DNA of 64,000 bases, from assembly GCF_018350175.1 (NCBI RefSeq), contig NC_058382.1, forward strand, positions 56,546,001 to 56,610,000. Reading direction: 5' to 3'. Every line of letters begins with the position of its first letter. Positions within the stretch are counted from its first letter, which is position 1. Shown piece after piece: positions 37,151 through 49,912 of this stretch. The DNA is from Felis catus. Its lineage: Eukaryota. The notes beneath the pieces were generated by a model. That model worked only from the letters and a program-made list of their open reading frames with translations. It was not told the origin of the DNA and made no database searches. Both the position numbers and the translations under genes were made by a program.

Positions 37151-38899
37151 CCAGTGGCCACATTCTGACAAAATGCAAAATGCATTCAGTTGTCCAGAAG
37201 TACTGGGGTTTAAATGTAAAATTAAGTTCTAGACTCAGATACTTACAAAGAAATGAGCGCTGTTTTCTTCTGACCAAACGAATGTCCATCTGGGCATGAA
37301 AAATGTAGGTGGAACAACCATATGAGGCAAGAGCCCCAGGCCCCGCGAGGCATCCGTTGCTGCCTAAATGCCAGTGACACTTCTAACTACTGTTAAGAAC
37401 CAAAAAAAAATACCTCCTATGCACTTCCAGAACAGGGTCCCAAGCATACTGCTCCTTTTGTCTTCCTCGAGTGAAATTCGGTGGCCTGAGTTCGCACCCA
37501 GACTCCGCTGCCCGCTAGCTGCTTGCCCCGGTGCACGCCTCAGTTGCCCCATCTACGAGATGGGTGCATGCGGGGAATGAAACAGTAGCTCTGATCTCAG
37601 AGGATATTTAGCGCGGTGCTTAGTGATACGCATTAAATGAATGGTAGTTACTCCTTATAATTTACATTGTATATTATTTACGATTGTCCATAACATTACC
37701 AGGAGTAAATAAGACCTTAAAAGCAATGAATGAGCTGAGAATCACAACGCTATTTCACAGATTTTAGAGCGCTGTGCTAGATTCTAGAGCCTCCATTACC
37801 ATGGTAATGGTTCCCCTGATGGAGCTCAGAGACTGTTCCTCACTGAGCACTCACAGCAAGAACACAGGCATCGTCCCCCTTCCTTACAGGAGCGTTCTGG
37901 AGTTGCTTCACAGTTTACGACCAGGGCTTCGGGCCACAGTGTCCCCAGACTAGTCCCTGCATGAGGATACCAAACCAAAAAAAGACACCAAGACTAACGT
38001 CTGTCTCAAAGACGACAGAGGCGTCGCACACAGAAGAACGAGAGCCTAAGAGCCTCTGCAGTCACACGCTGCATTATTCGGTGCCGTCCTTAAATTATGT
38101 AGGAAATGGAGAAAGGAAGAGTTCGGTGTAGGCAGGAGAAAGGTGAGAAGGAGGGAGGCCTGAGCCGGCCCCCAAGGATGGAGGGAATCTGGGTCAGGAG
38201 ATGATGGAGGAGGGAACGTACACAGGTTGAAGGGGCCTGGGCAGCCAGGATGGAGGGCCGACGGGGTCGGTGCCCGGACCTGGGAACCCGGACTTGCCTC
38301 TCGAGAGTCAGAGAACGTTCCCTGCTGGAACAAACTACGCCATTTCAAGCAAAATCAAAGCGTCACAGACGTCCCGAGAGCCTCTCCCCAGGGATCCACC
38401 CAGTGACCTTTCCTGAGGCCGTGTCGCAAGCTGGGGAACTGGCCCTGATGCTAACGGGTGCCCATGGGACCACCCCTCGCTTGGGGTTGAGTGGCGGCAT
38501 TTGGCTCTGCCCCGGCTGTGGTGATCTGAGAAAGGAAGTGTTCCCCGGGGAAAATTATTCTTGCCTTTGGGAGGGGCTGTGGGAACTTCTGCGAGCACAC
38601 GCAAGCTTGTTTACGATGATGGATGACCGGGTCAGGAGTTGAGCCGGAGCGATTCCATTTCTGGCGAAGGCGTGAGAAACCAGCCCTGAATTTCTGTTGC
38701 AATCCTCAGACAGAGCCCAGTGACTCGGAAAGAAAGTTCACGTTTACTGGAGCATCGGATCTGCTAGGAACCAAGGTGACGCAGAGCCACTTCTCCGTAG
38801 CCCAGGGTTTTGTGCGGTGGGGGCGCAAGCCTGTACGTGATATCGGGGAACCAGCCCCGGCTCGCGCACTCCTTCATCCAGCAAACCCTGGAGGCCAGG

Positions 38900-39960
38900 C
38901 TTCCGACCTCACGGGGCATAAGTCTCCTCTGGTGGAGGGACACGAACGATAAACAGAGTGCATAAAAATGGCGGAGAATATTTTGGACCGTGAAGAAGGG
39001 TGGGCAGTACCGGGGTCAGGATGGAAACGGTGCCGTTTTCAACAGAGTGGGCGAGGAAGGCTTGTGTGAGGAATTAACTGGAGGAAGAGCCTTCCAGGCA
39101 GGAAAGAGCATAGGCACAGGTCCTGGGGCAGGGGCATATCTGGCCTGTTGCAGGGTCTGTAAGGCAATGTGTCTGGGGTGAAGCGAGAGGGGAGAGAATC
39201 AGGAGGTGAGTCGGGAAGAAGCGAAGGGAGCAGATCACCTGCATCCGGGCAGGTATAGTGCGGAGCCCAACTTTTACTCACATGGGAAGGTGAGCCATCA
39301 AGGCTCTTGAGCAGAAGAGTGACTCAGTCAGACTCTCGCTTTACAGGACTTTCCTGGCTGGTATCTGGAAGAGATACCAAAGTCCAGGAGAACATAACAA
39401 GTTGAGAGTTGTCTTGCTCTGCAGCTGACATGAGCTGGGGACGTGGGGTCAATGAGTGGTGGTCAGATTCTGCATGTACTCAGAAGGGAGAGGTGACAGA
39501 TTTGCTGACGAAGGGCATGTGGCATGTGAGAGAAAGAGAGAAGTCAGGGGAGATCTAGAGTCTGTGACTCCCGGCAATCAGCTAGAGGCCTGAGTTCTCC
39601 AAGGGGGTGCAGTCCCCAGGGGCTGCCCTCCCCTCCTTCAGAGATACCCGGAAGGTTAGATGTCTGGATGCTACCTGGAAGCCTCCTTCCAAAGTGGCTT
39701 CTCCCTTGGCAGCAAAGACTATTCGAGGCTCGATCCACGGGAGTGGATCACACTTGGGTGTGAGGCGTGACTGTCCTTCTAGAAGACTCTCTGCCCAGCT
39801 GTCCCATGCTGAAGGGTGGGGCAAGGTCCTTAGAGTTTTCCTCCAGCCCGATAATTCAGAGATGGTGGAGACGAGCCATAGGTCAGTCATGATAGCTGAC
39901 TGCAGGTGTCGGTGGCTGGAGGGTAGATATGGCTTAGTCATTAAAAGCTGACTTCAGCCG
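38900..39960 (-). mobile_element. L2 LINE fragment
   Basis: ccttccaggcaggaaagagcataggcacaggtcctggggcagg, ttgagcagaagagtgac, tggtcagattctgcatgta...gacagatttgctga. Confidence 0.65.
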
Positions 39961-40304
39961 GAGCCTGAATTCTAAGTAGTCTCCACATGGGAAACTAATA
40001 ATTAATAAAGCATTAATTGTTAATACACTGATCATTTATAATGGTGGATTTTTTCACCCTTTTCAATATGTTTTCTGATCTGTAAATTGGGGGTAATCAT
40101 TCCCTGCCTCATAGGATTACCAACAGAAGGATCAGTGATCCCTCAGTGATCAGTGATCCAGTAAATAAGGGAAGTCATGTCTTCATTTGCCAGATATCAG
40201 CTAATTCCCTCCTGTCGTTTCTAAGAGACATGAAAGGATATGGTTTTGCTGACCCCCCCCACCTTTAAAACTCTTCGCCCCTGTTTTGCGTGGTAATGAT
40301 TTGA

Positions 40305-40522
40305 TTTTATTTTTTTTAATGTTTATTTATTTTTGAGTGAGAGACAGAGACAGAACGCGAATGGGTTAGGGGCACAGAGAGAGGGAGACACAGCATCCGA
40401 AGCAGGCTCCAGGCTCCGAGCTGTCAGCACAGAGCCTGACGTGGGGCTCCAACTCATGAACTGTGAGGTCATGCCCCGAGCCAAAGTTGGACGCTCAACC
40501 GACAGAGCCACCCGGGTGCCCC
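40305..40522 (-). mobile_element. Feline CanSINE
   Basis: ttttaatgtttatttatttttgag tail to gagccacccgggtgcccc head. Confidence 0.95.
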
Positions 40523-40824
40523 TTATTTTTAATCATAGCAGCTACTTCTATTTAATGTCTATGAAGGTTGAGCCTTGTCTTGGGAGCTTTACGTGAATCC
40601 TCTCTAATCCTCACCTCCCAGCAGGGGAAGAGGCATCCTAACCATGTGCAGGTGCTTCCTGAGGCTAATGGCTGCTGTAGGTCACCCAGCGATTAAAGAG
40701 GGAGAATCAGATTTAAACCCTGGGACTGCAAGGGCACGAGATGACATCAGGAATGATGGGCATGATGATGTTAAGGAGGGGGAGGGGGAGGAAAGGAAAA
40801 GAGAGAAGAAACAACAAACGTATG

Positions 40825-41030
40825 TCGCCAGGCTGGGCTATTAGCGCTTTCTATGTTTCAGCTTTTTAATCCTGATAATGACTTTTTAAAGGCAGGTGCT
40901 GTTATTGACCCACTTTACGGGGGAGAAAACCGAAGCTCTGTGAGATTAGTCACTTGCCCAGGGTCACACGGCTCCTGAGTGGCGTGGCAGGGATTGGAGC
41001 CAAGCAGGCTGGACCCCGAAGCCTGTATAG
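40825..41030 (-). mobile_element. MIR SINE
   Basis: cccactttacgggggagaaaaccgaagctc...cacttgcccagggtcacacggct...gggattggagccaagcagg. Confidence 0.7.
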
Positions 41031-42145
41031 CCTCATGCCCACACCTTCTCCCTCGGTCTCCAGACATCATTCCTGGGCACATCCCTCCACGGCCATGGCC
41101 AAACCCTCCTTCTCCCCGGGCCGCATACCACTCTCAGGAGGCGGCGCGTCCCCAAAGGACTTGGAAGGTCACAGTGGTACATTTGTCACGTTGATTAAAA
41201 AGAGATACAGCTGGTGAGAGACAGCCCCACCTTCTTTGTGCTGAATTCAAACCAGTCTAGAAACAACAACCTGGTCCAAAGCAGGGGGCATTTCTAATCA
41301 GCCGATGTACGTTCTTGCTTTGCCTGTGATAGATTTCATTCTATCTCAAGGTAGCCTCCAGTGTTCTAATTTGAAAAAAAAAAAAAAAAAAAAAAAAACA
41401 CTGGGAAAGTGTATCCACAAGTGAACATTCTCCTGCTCTGATGTGACTTTTAGAAAGTCTAGTTGTTCTTGATATGCAAACTAATCTGTAAAGAGCACAA
41501 GCTTGGGAGAAGAGCAGGATGCATTATTCATTGGGAAACAGCATCTTGTATTTTAGAAATGAGAGCTTGCCATGTTGATTTAATACAACCCCAGTGCTTA
41601 GGAGGAATTCAGTGAGAGATACACTTGTAGCTCGAAGAGTTGCTTACTTGATAAGTTTTGAGAGATGTTTCCAAGACATTATGCCCACGTGAAGCCGGAG
41701 ATGAAATTGTTTATCTTTGTATCTGCTTGTCCTGTTCTCCAGTGAGTTGGCAGAACCCTGGAGGGTAAGACTCAAGTCTTCTACCCGCTTATAACTGCAG
41801 CGTCTGACATGTCGCCCTGTCCCCGTTCGGAGCACAAGAAACATTTGTTGTAAATGAGGGAAATGCTCCAGAGAAAACGCGCTAGACAACAGACCCGGGA
41901 TTCACTCCCCTGCTGAGACTCAGGCTGTGCTCCACGTGTTCAAGGTCCGGCACCTGATCTCTCTGTAGGTCCAAGGAAGGCCTCTGCTGTCCTGCAGGGA
42001 AAATGTCCATGTCTTCCGCCAGACCTAAAGTGAGCTGTCATTCAGTCACTCAGAGGTTCTCAATCTTGAGCACATATCAGAAGAACCAGGAGGGTTTGTT
42101 AAAATACCAAGTGCTGGGACTGCTACCCAGTTTTTTTACTCAGTG

Positions 42146-42835
42146 GATAATGATTTCTCAGGGCGGCCATAACAAATACCACAAAGTCAGTGGCTTAAAG
42201 CAGTAGAAGTTTCTCTCTTTTTTTTTTTTAATGTTTATTTTTTGAGAAAGAGACAGAGCATGAGCAGGGTAGAGGCAGAGATAGAGAGGGAGACACAGAA
42301 TCCGAAGCAGGCTCCAGGATCCAAGCTGTCAGCACAGAGCCCCACACGGGGCTCAAACCCACAAACCATGAGATCATGACCTTGGCCAAAGTCGGATGCT
42401 GAACTGACTAAGCCACCCAGGCTCCCCAAGCAATCGAAGTTTCTTTTCTCACCATTCTGAAGACCGTAAGTCCAAAATGAAGCTGTTTGAAGGGCCATAT
42501 TTCCTCCAGAGACAAGGGAGAACCTTCCCTGTCTCTTCCGGCCTCAAGTGGCCCCAGCGATCCCTTGGCTTATGGCTCCATTGTCTCTCTCTCTGCCCCC
42601 ACCTTCACATGGATTTCTCCATCTCAAATCTCCCTTTGCTTTTCTGTTGTAAATACATTTGCCATTGGATTGATGACCTACCAGATCATTCAGGATGATA
42701 TCCAAATCCACCTGAGATCCTTAACTTGATTACATCCGAGGAGAGTCTTCTTCCAAATAAGACCACGTTTGCAGGTTCCAGGGATTAGGACCTGGACGTA
42801 TCCATCGGGGAGCCACCACTCTGCCCATCCCAACA
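42146..42835 (-). mobile_element. MLT1C/D-like MaLR LTR, split by a SINE
   Basis: ggcggccataacaaataccacaaag...gtggcttaaa; gagatccttaacttgattacatc...ttccaaataag...caggttccagggattagga. Confidence 0.8.
42218..42427 (-). mobile_element. Feline CanSINE
   Basis: Complete antisense SINE; TSD aagcagtagaagtttct (42198-42214) / aagcaatcgaagtttct (42428-42444). Confidence 0.95.
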
Positions 42836-43644
42836 TGAATGAGTGTTGAGGGTTTGCATTTTTACATTTCTAACACATTCACAATTAATCCTGAAGGTTG
42901 CCAGGAGGTTGGGCTCTGAGGGCTGGGCTGCTGCTCTGAAGAGAGAGAAATAACACAATGCCTCCTTGAAATAGCACCTTTTATGAAGAGTTCTTAAAAT
43001 AGATTTTATCTCATGGGATTGATTTATGGTATCCATTAAGCCCGATGCAGAGCTCTACTACTAAAATTAATTTTTAAGTTGCTAACCCTTAATTATTTGT
43101 AGAACACGGGACAAAAAATGTTGGAAACAGTATGGAAATAGTCTTTATATTCAATCTATAATGGATGCTATTTAAGACAATGGCTTTTCATATCCTCATA
43201 TAAATGATGCGGCGAACATTCAAAGCCATAGACTGTTCAAACGCTTTGTGTCCTAAAAAAGGTACAAAGAGCATCAGAGTATAAACTGTGATTTTTCATC
43301 GTCATGATGAGTTTTAGTAGAATGGTGTGTTTCTGCAGAAAGAACCCTTAATTCTGGATTCAGTTCCTGAGTGTGCTCTCTTTTTGTCTGTGAGAAGCTG
43401 GTTCTTAGTTTTCTGGTCTGAACAGTGTGGGTGATAGTATTTTGTCCTAATAATTAGCAGGCTTATTATGATCAATTAAGAACACTTTGCAAACTGTCAC
43501 GCGTTTTGAAATCTGTTATCTCGTAGTGGGGAGGTGGGGGAATAAATAGAAAGTGCAGTGGGTGCATGGAAGTCTGTGTACTGAAGGTAGTTTGTTAAGA
43601 AAAATTCCAGTCCATCGTATATGTTAATTTGGCTTCTCCCATAT

Positions 43645-44163
43645 TATCAGTTTGCCTTTTTCAAAGATGACTACAATATCTACCCCCTCCCATGGTCTTC
43701 ATCGCGATATGGGGACTTGGTCCCATCCCCTTGGGCCAGGAACTCACTTGTTACCAGTAGAAAGCCATGGAAGTGACTTCTCAGGTGAGGTCATAAATGC
43801 CCATGAATTTCCACTTTGTTCCCTTGGGAATCTTACTTGGAGTCCCACCATCCTGAAGCCACTGTGCTCTGAGGAAGCCCAAACAACCCCCCACACAGAG
43901 ACCTCATGGAAAGACCCCGGGACTAGAGGAAAAGAGCGAGAAGGAGGCCAGGCCAGCCTGACCCCACCTCACCATCCCAGCTCTATCCATCCTCTGACAT
44001 AACCAAGAGAGACCCAAACCAGAACCCCAGAATCACCCGACCCAGCTGAGTCCCTCCTGCATTCCTGACCACAGAAACCCTAGCAGATACTAGAGTAATT
44101 GTTACTGTTCTGAGCCTCTCAGCTGTAGGGCGATTCGCGGTGCAACAATAAATAACTGGAACA
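43645..44163 (+). mobile_element. MLT1G/H-like MaLR solo LTR
   Basis: caaagatgactacaatatct...ctgaggaagcccaa...cccagctgagtccc...attcctgaccacagaaac...caacaataaataactggaaca. Confidence 0.7.
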
Positions 44164-44335
44164 TTCTATATAATCCATTGCAGCCAAGGGTCTGATTACC
44201 AATTATGTGTTGAAAAGACCATAGTTAATCAAATGTTGTCCCTTCTGGCCTCTCACACCCTCGGCCACAGCCTGTTTGCTCCTTGCTCACCCTTTTCATT
44301 TCTGATGTACCTTCTAGTAACAGTCCAGATGAGAT

Positions 44336-44838
44336 TGATGAAGTTTTGGGGTGATGGTGGGGTTCGTGGGGTTCAGACTGGATGGCCAAGAACGAATTCT
44401 TGAAGATGTCTTTGGTGCAAAAACGTGATTTTATTAAAGCACAGCGACAGGACCTGTAGGAAGGAAGAGCTGTTCTGCAAGGGGTGGGGGTGGGGGGCAG
44501 GGGGGCGGTGACAGTCGTATGGAGTCTGGGGAGATAAAGTCAAGAGGGAGTTTCCCAAGAGACTTTAACATGATAAAGACTTACTGTCAAGTCTAAGGTT
44601 GTTTTTCCCTCTAGCAAAGCATTAATTTTAAGACAGTAAGGAATTCCTGGACTTTAGGCCATTGATGAGATTGCCTTTTTCTTGTAAGCTGGTGGAGACT
44701 CGTAGTTGTTTAATTTTTTTTCCTTTCCTGTTTTTGGGTGGCCGGGAGTGTCCAAGGAATATCGTACATGTCCCACCTGGGGAGGGGGCTGCTGTTAGCC
44801 TGCCCTTTGCCCTCAGCTTGCGTTATGTTCCCTCATCA
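44336..44838 (-). mobile_element. ERV1-type solo LTR, copy A
   Basis: Terminal inverted repeats TGATGA...TCATCA; AATAAA on the minus strand near 44430; flanks AGAT/AGAC suggest a 4-bp TSD with one mismatch; homologous to the element starting at 45996. Confidence 0.75.
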
Positions 44839-45340
44839 AGACGATTCTCTTGTTACGTATCCGTATGAACACAACCCTTTGCCTCCCAATCCCAGTTCCA
44901 GTTTGTATTAAAGCCTTTATTCGGGTGAGATTCACTGATGTCACGTCTCTTCCATTAGACTCTAGGCTCCAGGATGGCTGTGACTCTATCAGTTTGTCCT
45001 CATCTTTACATCCCCTGTACCCAGCCCAGTGCCTGGCACCTACCAGACTGAAACAGGACATCATATGAACAAATGCAAAAAAAACAAAAACAAAAAAAAA
45101 AATTGTATGATACGACACAGTACTTTATTATTTCCCTATAATCGTATGGTGCCTAATTGGTGCATCTGTTTCTGTTGGTCCTTGCCAAAGCCGGCCTCAT
45201 GATCCTGTAAGAAATCAGAAAGGAACATCCTCAGGACTGGAGAATTCAGAAGGGTTTCTTTGGAAAGGATTTAATAGCTCTCTGAGAAACCACAGCGAGT
45301 GTCCTGGGACTCCTGGTGGCCAGGAAAGGAGTGACCTTTC

Positions 45341-45404
45341 TTTTTCTTTTTCTTTAGATTCAAGTTAGTTAACACACAACGTAGTCTTGGCTTCAGGTGT
45401 AGAA
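45341..45404 (-). mobile_element. Extremely 5'-truncated carnivore L1 3' end
   Basis: T-rich tail plus attcaagttagttaacacacaacgtagtcttggcttcaggtgtagaa; TSD tgacctttc (45332-45340) / tgacttttc (45405-45413). Confidence 0.7.
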
Positions 45405-45995
45405 TGACTTTTCAAGAAACTGATCCAGGAACAGCTGCCTGGCTGTCCTTTTTCTTCTCTTGTAAATTTTCTCACAAAGAACACAGATGTTGGACATCAA
45501 GTGTTTGGTTTTCTGGCTGGAAGTTTGACTGCTTTCTCATCTCCTGAACAGTAGCCTGTGGGCTGGGAGGGTTACCAGATGGCCCACCTCCAGAGCCTCA
45601 GTTAAGATGCAAATTCTGTGAATGGTGCCCTGAGGACAGTTTACACAAGAATGGAGCCTTTTAAACCAAGGCTGCTTGGCAACCTGGATCTTCCCCATTG
45701 CTTTGCAAATACACAACCCACCCCCTACCTCAGTGTTATCCCTCCTTTGGTCAGCGACCACAGGGAGGCTTGTTCTAATAGGTCCCTGAAATCATAGGCT
45801 TAAATACAGGAAAACGTAAGGTGGAGAATTGAACCCAGTGCCGATCGAGTCCTATACATCTATCATCTTTCCGTTTGGCCACAAATTGCCCATGTTGGTT
45901 AAATAACTTGTCGCCTTCCCTTGAGAGTCACTCACGCCTACAGAGATTATTTTAAACTTTGGTCTCGTAAACCAGTCTACTAGTGTTGCTCCTAC

Positions 45996-46605
45996 TGATG
46001 AAGTTTTGGGGTGATGGTGGGATTCGGAGCTGACGGCCAAGAAGGAATTCTTGAAGACGTCTTTGGTGCGAAAGGTGATTTTATTAAAACACGGGGACGG
46101 GACCCCTGGGCAGAAAGACCTGCACTGGGGTTGTGAAGAGTGGCTCCTTATATGCTATGAGGCTCAGAGAGGTAGAATCAAGAGGAAGTTTCTTAAAGGG
46201 ATGTTCTGTATGCTAAAGAATCACAGATTACTGGAGGCCTAGCTATTGTCAAGCTAAGGTTGTTTTCCACTCTGGCAAAGCATTAACGTTAAGACAGTAG
46301 AAGGTTCCTGGGGAAATGTTATGCTCTGTATTTGCCTCAAGTGTTTGTCATGGGGCTGCAGGTTATAAGGAAATTCAATTTTACCTGCCATGTCTTTCTT
46401 GCCTTGTTTCCCATATCACTATGGAGGGGTGATGTTGGGGCTCCAAGAAACTGACTCTGCAGGTTACTGGAGATCAGGCTACAGATAAGACTACCTTTCT
46501 CTTGTAATTTACCAAGATATTTGCAAACTGATGGAGACCCATGTCCTGTATGACTGTGGTCTCTCTCGGTTAACCATTTGTTTTCTTTCCTTTCTTTTGT
46601 TCTCT
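45996..46605 (-). mobile_element. ERV1-type LTR, copy B (longer variant, lacking the 5' terminus)
   Basis: The first 26 nt (tgatgaagttttggggtgatggtggg) are identical to copy A; shares gaattcttgaaga, gtgattttattaaa and ctaaggttgtttt blocks. Confidence 0.75.
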
Positions 46606-46614
46606 AATGAGAGC

Positions 46615-46895
46615 AATCACTAGTGTTTCCTGAGCGCACCCTTTAGCCTGGGTGCTACACAAATTCTTTACACAAACGACCCCGCTTAATCCTCACCACA
46701 ACGTGGTAACATGAAGTGTATATACTGGTAACATTCTCATTTTAGGAATTAAAAAGAAAACAAAAGGAGAAGCACACAAAGGCTCAGAAATTTTACCAGT
46801 TACGTGGCGAGTAAGTAGCAGAGCTAGAAATTGAACCCAGCCTGACTCCAGTGCTTGAGGTCTTGACGAGGGGACGTGGAACTCCACTGGCCACT
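46615..46895 (-). mobile_element. MIR SINE
   Basis: cttaatcctcaccacaac...ggctcagaaa...agtaagtagcagagctagaaattgaacccagcctgactcca. Confidence 0.65.
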
Positions 46896-47682
46896 GAAGG
46901 AATGACATAGGAAAAAAGGCAAGAGACCTCTGAAAGCAAATGTTGCTGTCCATTTTCTCTTCTCATTGTATTTTTTCCCCTCACAGTACGCACAGGTGTT
47001 AGAGATCAATTTTTTTTTTTTTTGTTTTCTGCCATCCAGAAGATTGCTGTGAACTTTGATTCCAGTTATAAAGGAACTTACCCTTATCCTTAGTATTATT
47101 CCCCTAATGGAAGGGTCTGGATCCCAGAGCTCCCCCTGTTGACCATATGCTCTACTTCCTCTCTCAACTTTGTGCCAGTTACTAAGACTCGAGTTCTAGA
47201 ACAGGGCAGAGAACCATGATCCATCCTCAAGAATGTTCCCCTGGTGTGGTGTCATTATACCATGGGGACGTGATTATCCAGGCTGCCTCAAAGCCACCCG
47301 CTCTTATTAGCCCAATCACTTGTATCAATATGCAGAAATAGCGTGCAGACCGATTCCTTTTGCTGAGATTAAAATACACTTAAGCCAGTAACTCTTTCCA
47401 GAAAGGGTGGCCAGTTGGGTGTGATTTGCGTGTAGTGAACTCAGGTTGGCTCCTGTGTCTTTTCCTCTTGTACAGAGTAGCGATAATGTGTGTACCTTAC
47501 TGATCAGCGCCATTTGTATGATAGGGTGTCGGTCAAGCACCAGCGCTGTGCCTGACACACAGGGAGCCACCAAGAAGTCAAAGTGTATCTGTCAAGATCA
47601 TCATTAGTAAGCACTTTGGGTCTTCTTCTCCTTTAAGTTAAGTAGTGAGACACAGTTCTGTTCTCTACCCCATTCCCTTTAA

Positions 47683-47905
47683 TATTTTTTTAATGTTTAT
47701 TTTTTGAGAGAGAGAGGGACAGACAGACAGAGTGCAAGCTATCAGGGGATGGGCAGAGAGAGAGAGGGAGACACAGAAGCCAAAGCGGGCTCCAGACTCT
47801 GAGCTGTCAGCACAGAGCCCGACGTGGGGCTCGAACCCACGAACCGTGAGATCATGACCTGAGCCGAAGTCGGACGCTCAACCGACAGAGCCACCCAGGC
47901 GCCCC
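47683..47905 (-). mobile_element. Feline CanSINE
   Basis: Perfect 17-bp TSD taccccattccctttaa at 47666-47682 and 47906-47922. Confidence 0.97.
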
Positions 47906-49912
47906 TACCCCATTCCCTTTAAACTTAGATATAATAAGTCCCTTCTTATGTATCCAAATTTTAAAATTTCATTTAGATCTTAATTTATTAATGTCATCCG
48001 TAACCGGTTGCAGTCGGCCCTTCTGGAGGACACTGCTTCCTCAAGCCTGTCTGAGGCCCCTCCGCCACCCTGATTTATAACGTGATGTTTAGCACCCTCA
48101 GCTCTTCTAAAACCCAAGGGGCAAATTGGTTACCTAGCAACCACATAAATGCAATTGCTAACGGTACAGTTTAGCCCCATTTTGTTATAATGAAATAATG
48201 TGTCTTACGAGAATGAAAAGCCACGGTTTGCTATATGAGGTCGGTGCTTTGGAGAAAAACTGCTTCTTTAGGACGGATTAACAAAGGAGGAATTGTGCCA
48301 GTCACCCCCTGGTTCTCGGTGACTCACCATTTTCCGGAACAGAAATCCCACCATGTGAGTCCTTGGGCTAGGAGAAGACAGTAGCCATGTTTTGTGTGCC
48401 CAGCAGTCTTTGAACAGATGTAAATTTGGATTTATTTGGATGGGGACGCCATCCACCGCCAGCATTATAGTTTATAGCCCACCACATGTTGATCTGCCTG
48501 GCCCCCAAAGGCATCTGACATCGAATCCCTTGGCGAAGAGTATCACAATGTCTCTTTCTTCTCTCAAAATGAAATCCATAGATAAAATTACTGTCTCCAC
48601 ACGTAATTTGGAAACAATTCTCAACATTATGCCCTGGCTTTACTATAAAAGGAGAAATAAAAAGAAAGTCGTTTGCAGTAAAATATTTTTTAAACTGTAA
48701 ATGCTCAGGTGCGACTACCCGGAAAGATTTTGTAGTCAAATGTTGGCACCTGTTTATAACAAATCAGCTGGAATTTAGGGGAAGTAAGGTGGCTCAGAAA
48801 CCATTCTGCCTGACACCCTCTGGGGGAGGAAAATGCGAAGGTTCAGACACACATGAGAACAGAACAAATAAGTTCAGAGCTGATTAAAATCACACACACA
48901 AAGTATCTTGTTTAGAAAGAGAGTGGAGGGTCTTCACTCGGGGAGTCATAAAGAAGTTTTCCACTTACATGAATGCTGGATGGGACCCTGAGTCAGGTGC
49001 AAAACGAGATGCTTCTTTGTTGAAGGGCTGTCTTTCAACTTTCCAAAATTTCTGCCTCCTCGGTTCTGCTCCTGAAAGCCCACAGATGTCCACTGATGGT
49101 AGCCTCGAAAGCTTCCTCTCTTCCCCCTGCAGACCTCCAATCTTCCCCTTGTGGCTTTCACTACTGGCCTGTCCTACCTGCCCAACCTTATTTCTCACTT
49201 TCCCCAAAACCTTAATCCATTCATTTATTCACCAATGGGTCTTATAACAATGCCATTGTAGCCTTGTCTCAGTTTTCTGAGAGTCACCATATACATATAT
49301 ATGCATATCGTAAATACATACACTGCAAATATTTCATAGGAGGATGTAGTGAGCATTTCTGGGCCCAAATACTCCAGTACCCCTCCCCGCTTGGCGTATT
49401 GTGTGTCTTCCGAGAAATCTCTGTTTAGAAGCAAACCCGTAAATCCTTTCTGCAGCGTTTTGGCAGTGTTTTTCCGGCGACGGGAGCCTCCTCTGCATTT
49501 GGTTCCGCGTCCTTTTCTTTCACCAACATTTCCTCACGGGCACTGTTCCTGGGTCTTCCTCATGCTTTTTAATGGCTACGTGGTCGTTCATTTTATGGAT
49601 GAACCATCATTTTTTAACACGGCGGTTAGGTTGTTGTTTTTATAATACAAAAACGTCTAAAGCAGAGAACAAAGTAGCCCATAACGTCAGGATCCAGAAA
49701 AGCGAGTTAACATTTTTCTTCCAGCAGGAGAAGGGGAATAGATGCGGAGGGTACAATTAAAAAGGGGGGGTGGGCAGAGAGTGCCATCCGAGTATGAAAA
49801 GTTAAGCTCTCTCTTTTCTGAAGTTCCCGTCTCTCTCTCCTAAAGCAACTGTATCAACCAACCCATGTGTATTCATTCAGAAGAAAGAAAGAAAGGATAT
49901 GGATATGCTAGC

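Larger units (their letters stand above)
42051..42920 (-). mobile_element. MER5A, split by an MLT1 LTR
   Basis: cagaggttctcaatc...ggagggtttgttaaaata at 42051-42145; resumes as tttgcatt...catttctaaca after about 42840. Confidence 0.6.

Noticed and set aside
38000..38950. Relatively CpG-rich stretch as a possible CpG-island promoter
   Set aside because: By eye the CpG density is only moderate, it grades into an L2, and no first-exon structure is evident; not computed.
41374..41398. Orphan A25 tract as a processed-pseudogene tail
   Set aside because: No TSD, upstream poly(A) signal or mRNA-like body; the flanking 8-bp inverted repeat (ccagtgtt/aacactgg) is probably chance.
44336..46605. Internally deleted provirus bounded by two LTRs
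   Set aside because: The LTRs differ structurally, copy A has its own near-TSD, and the spacer contains older host repeats.
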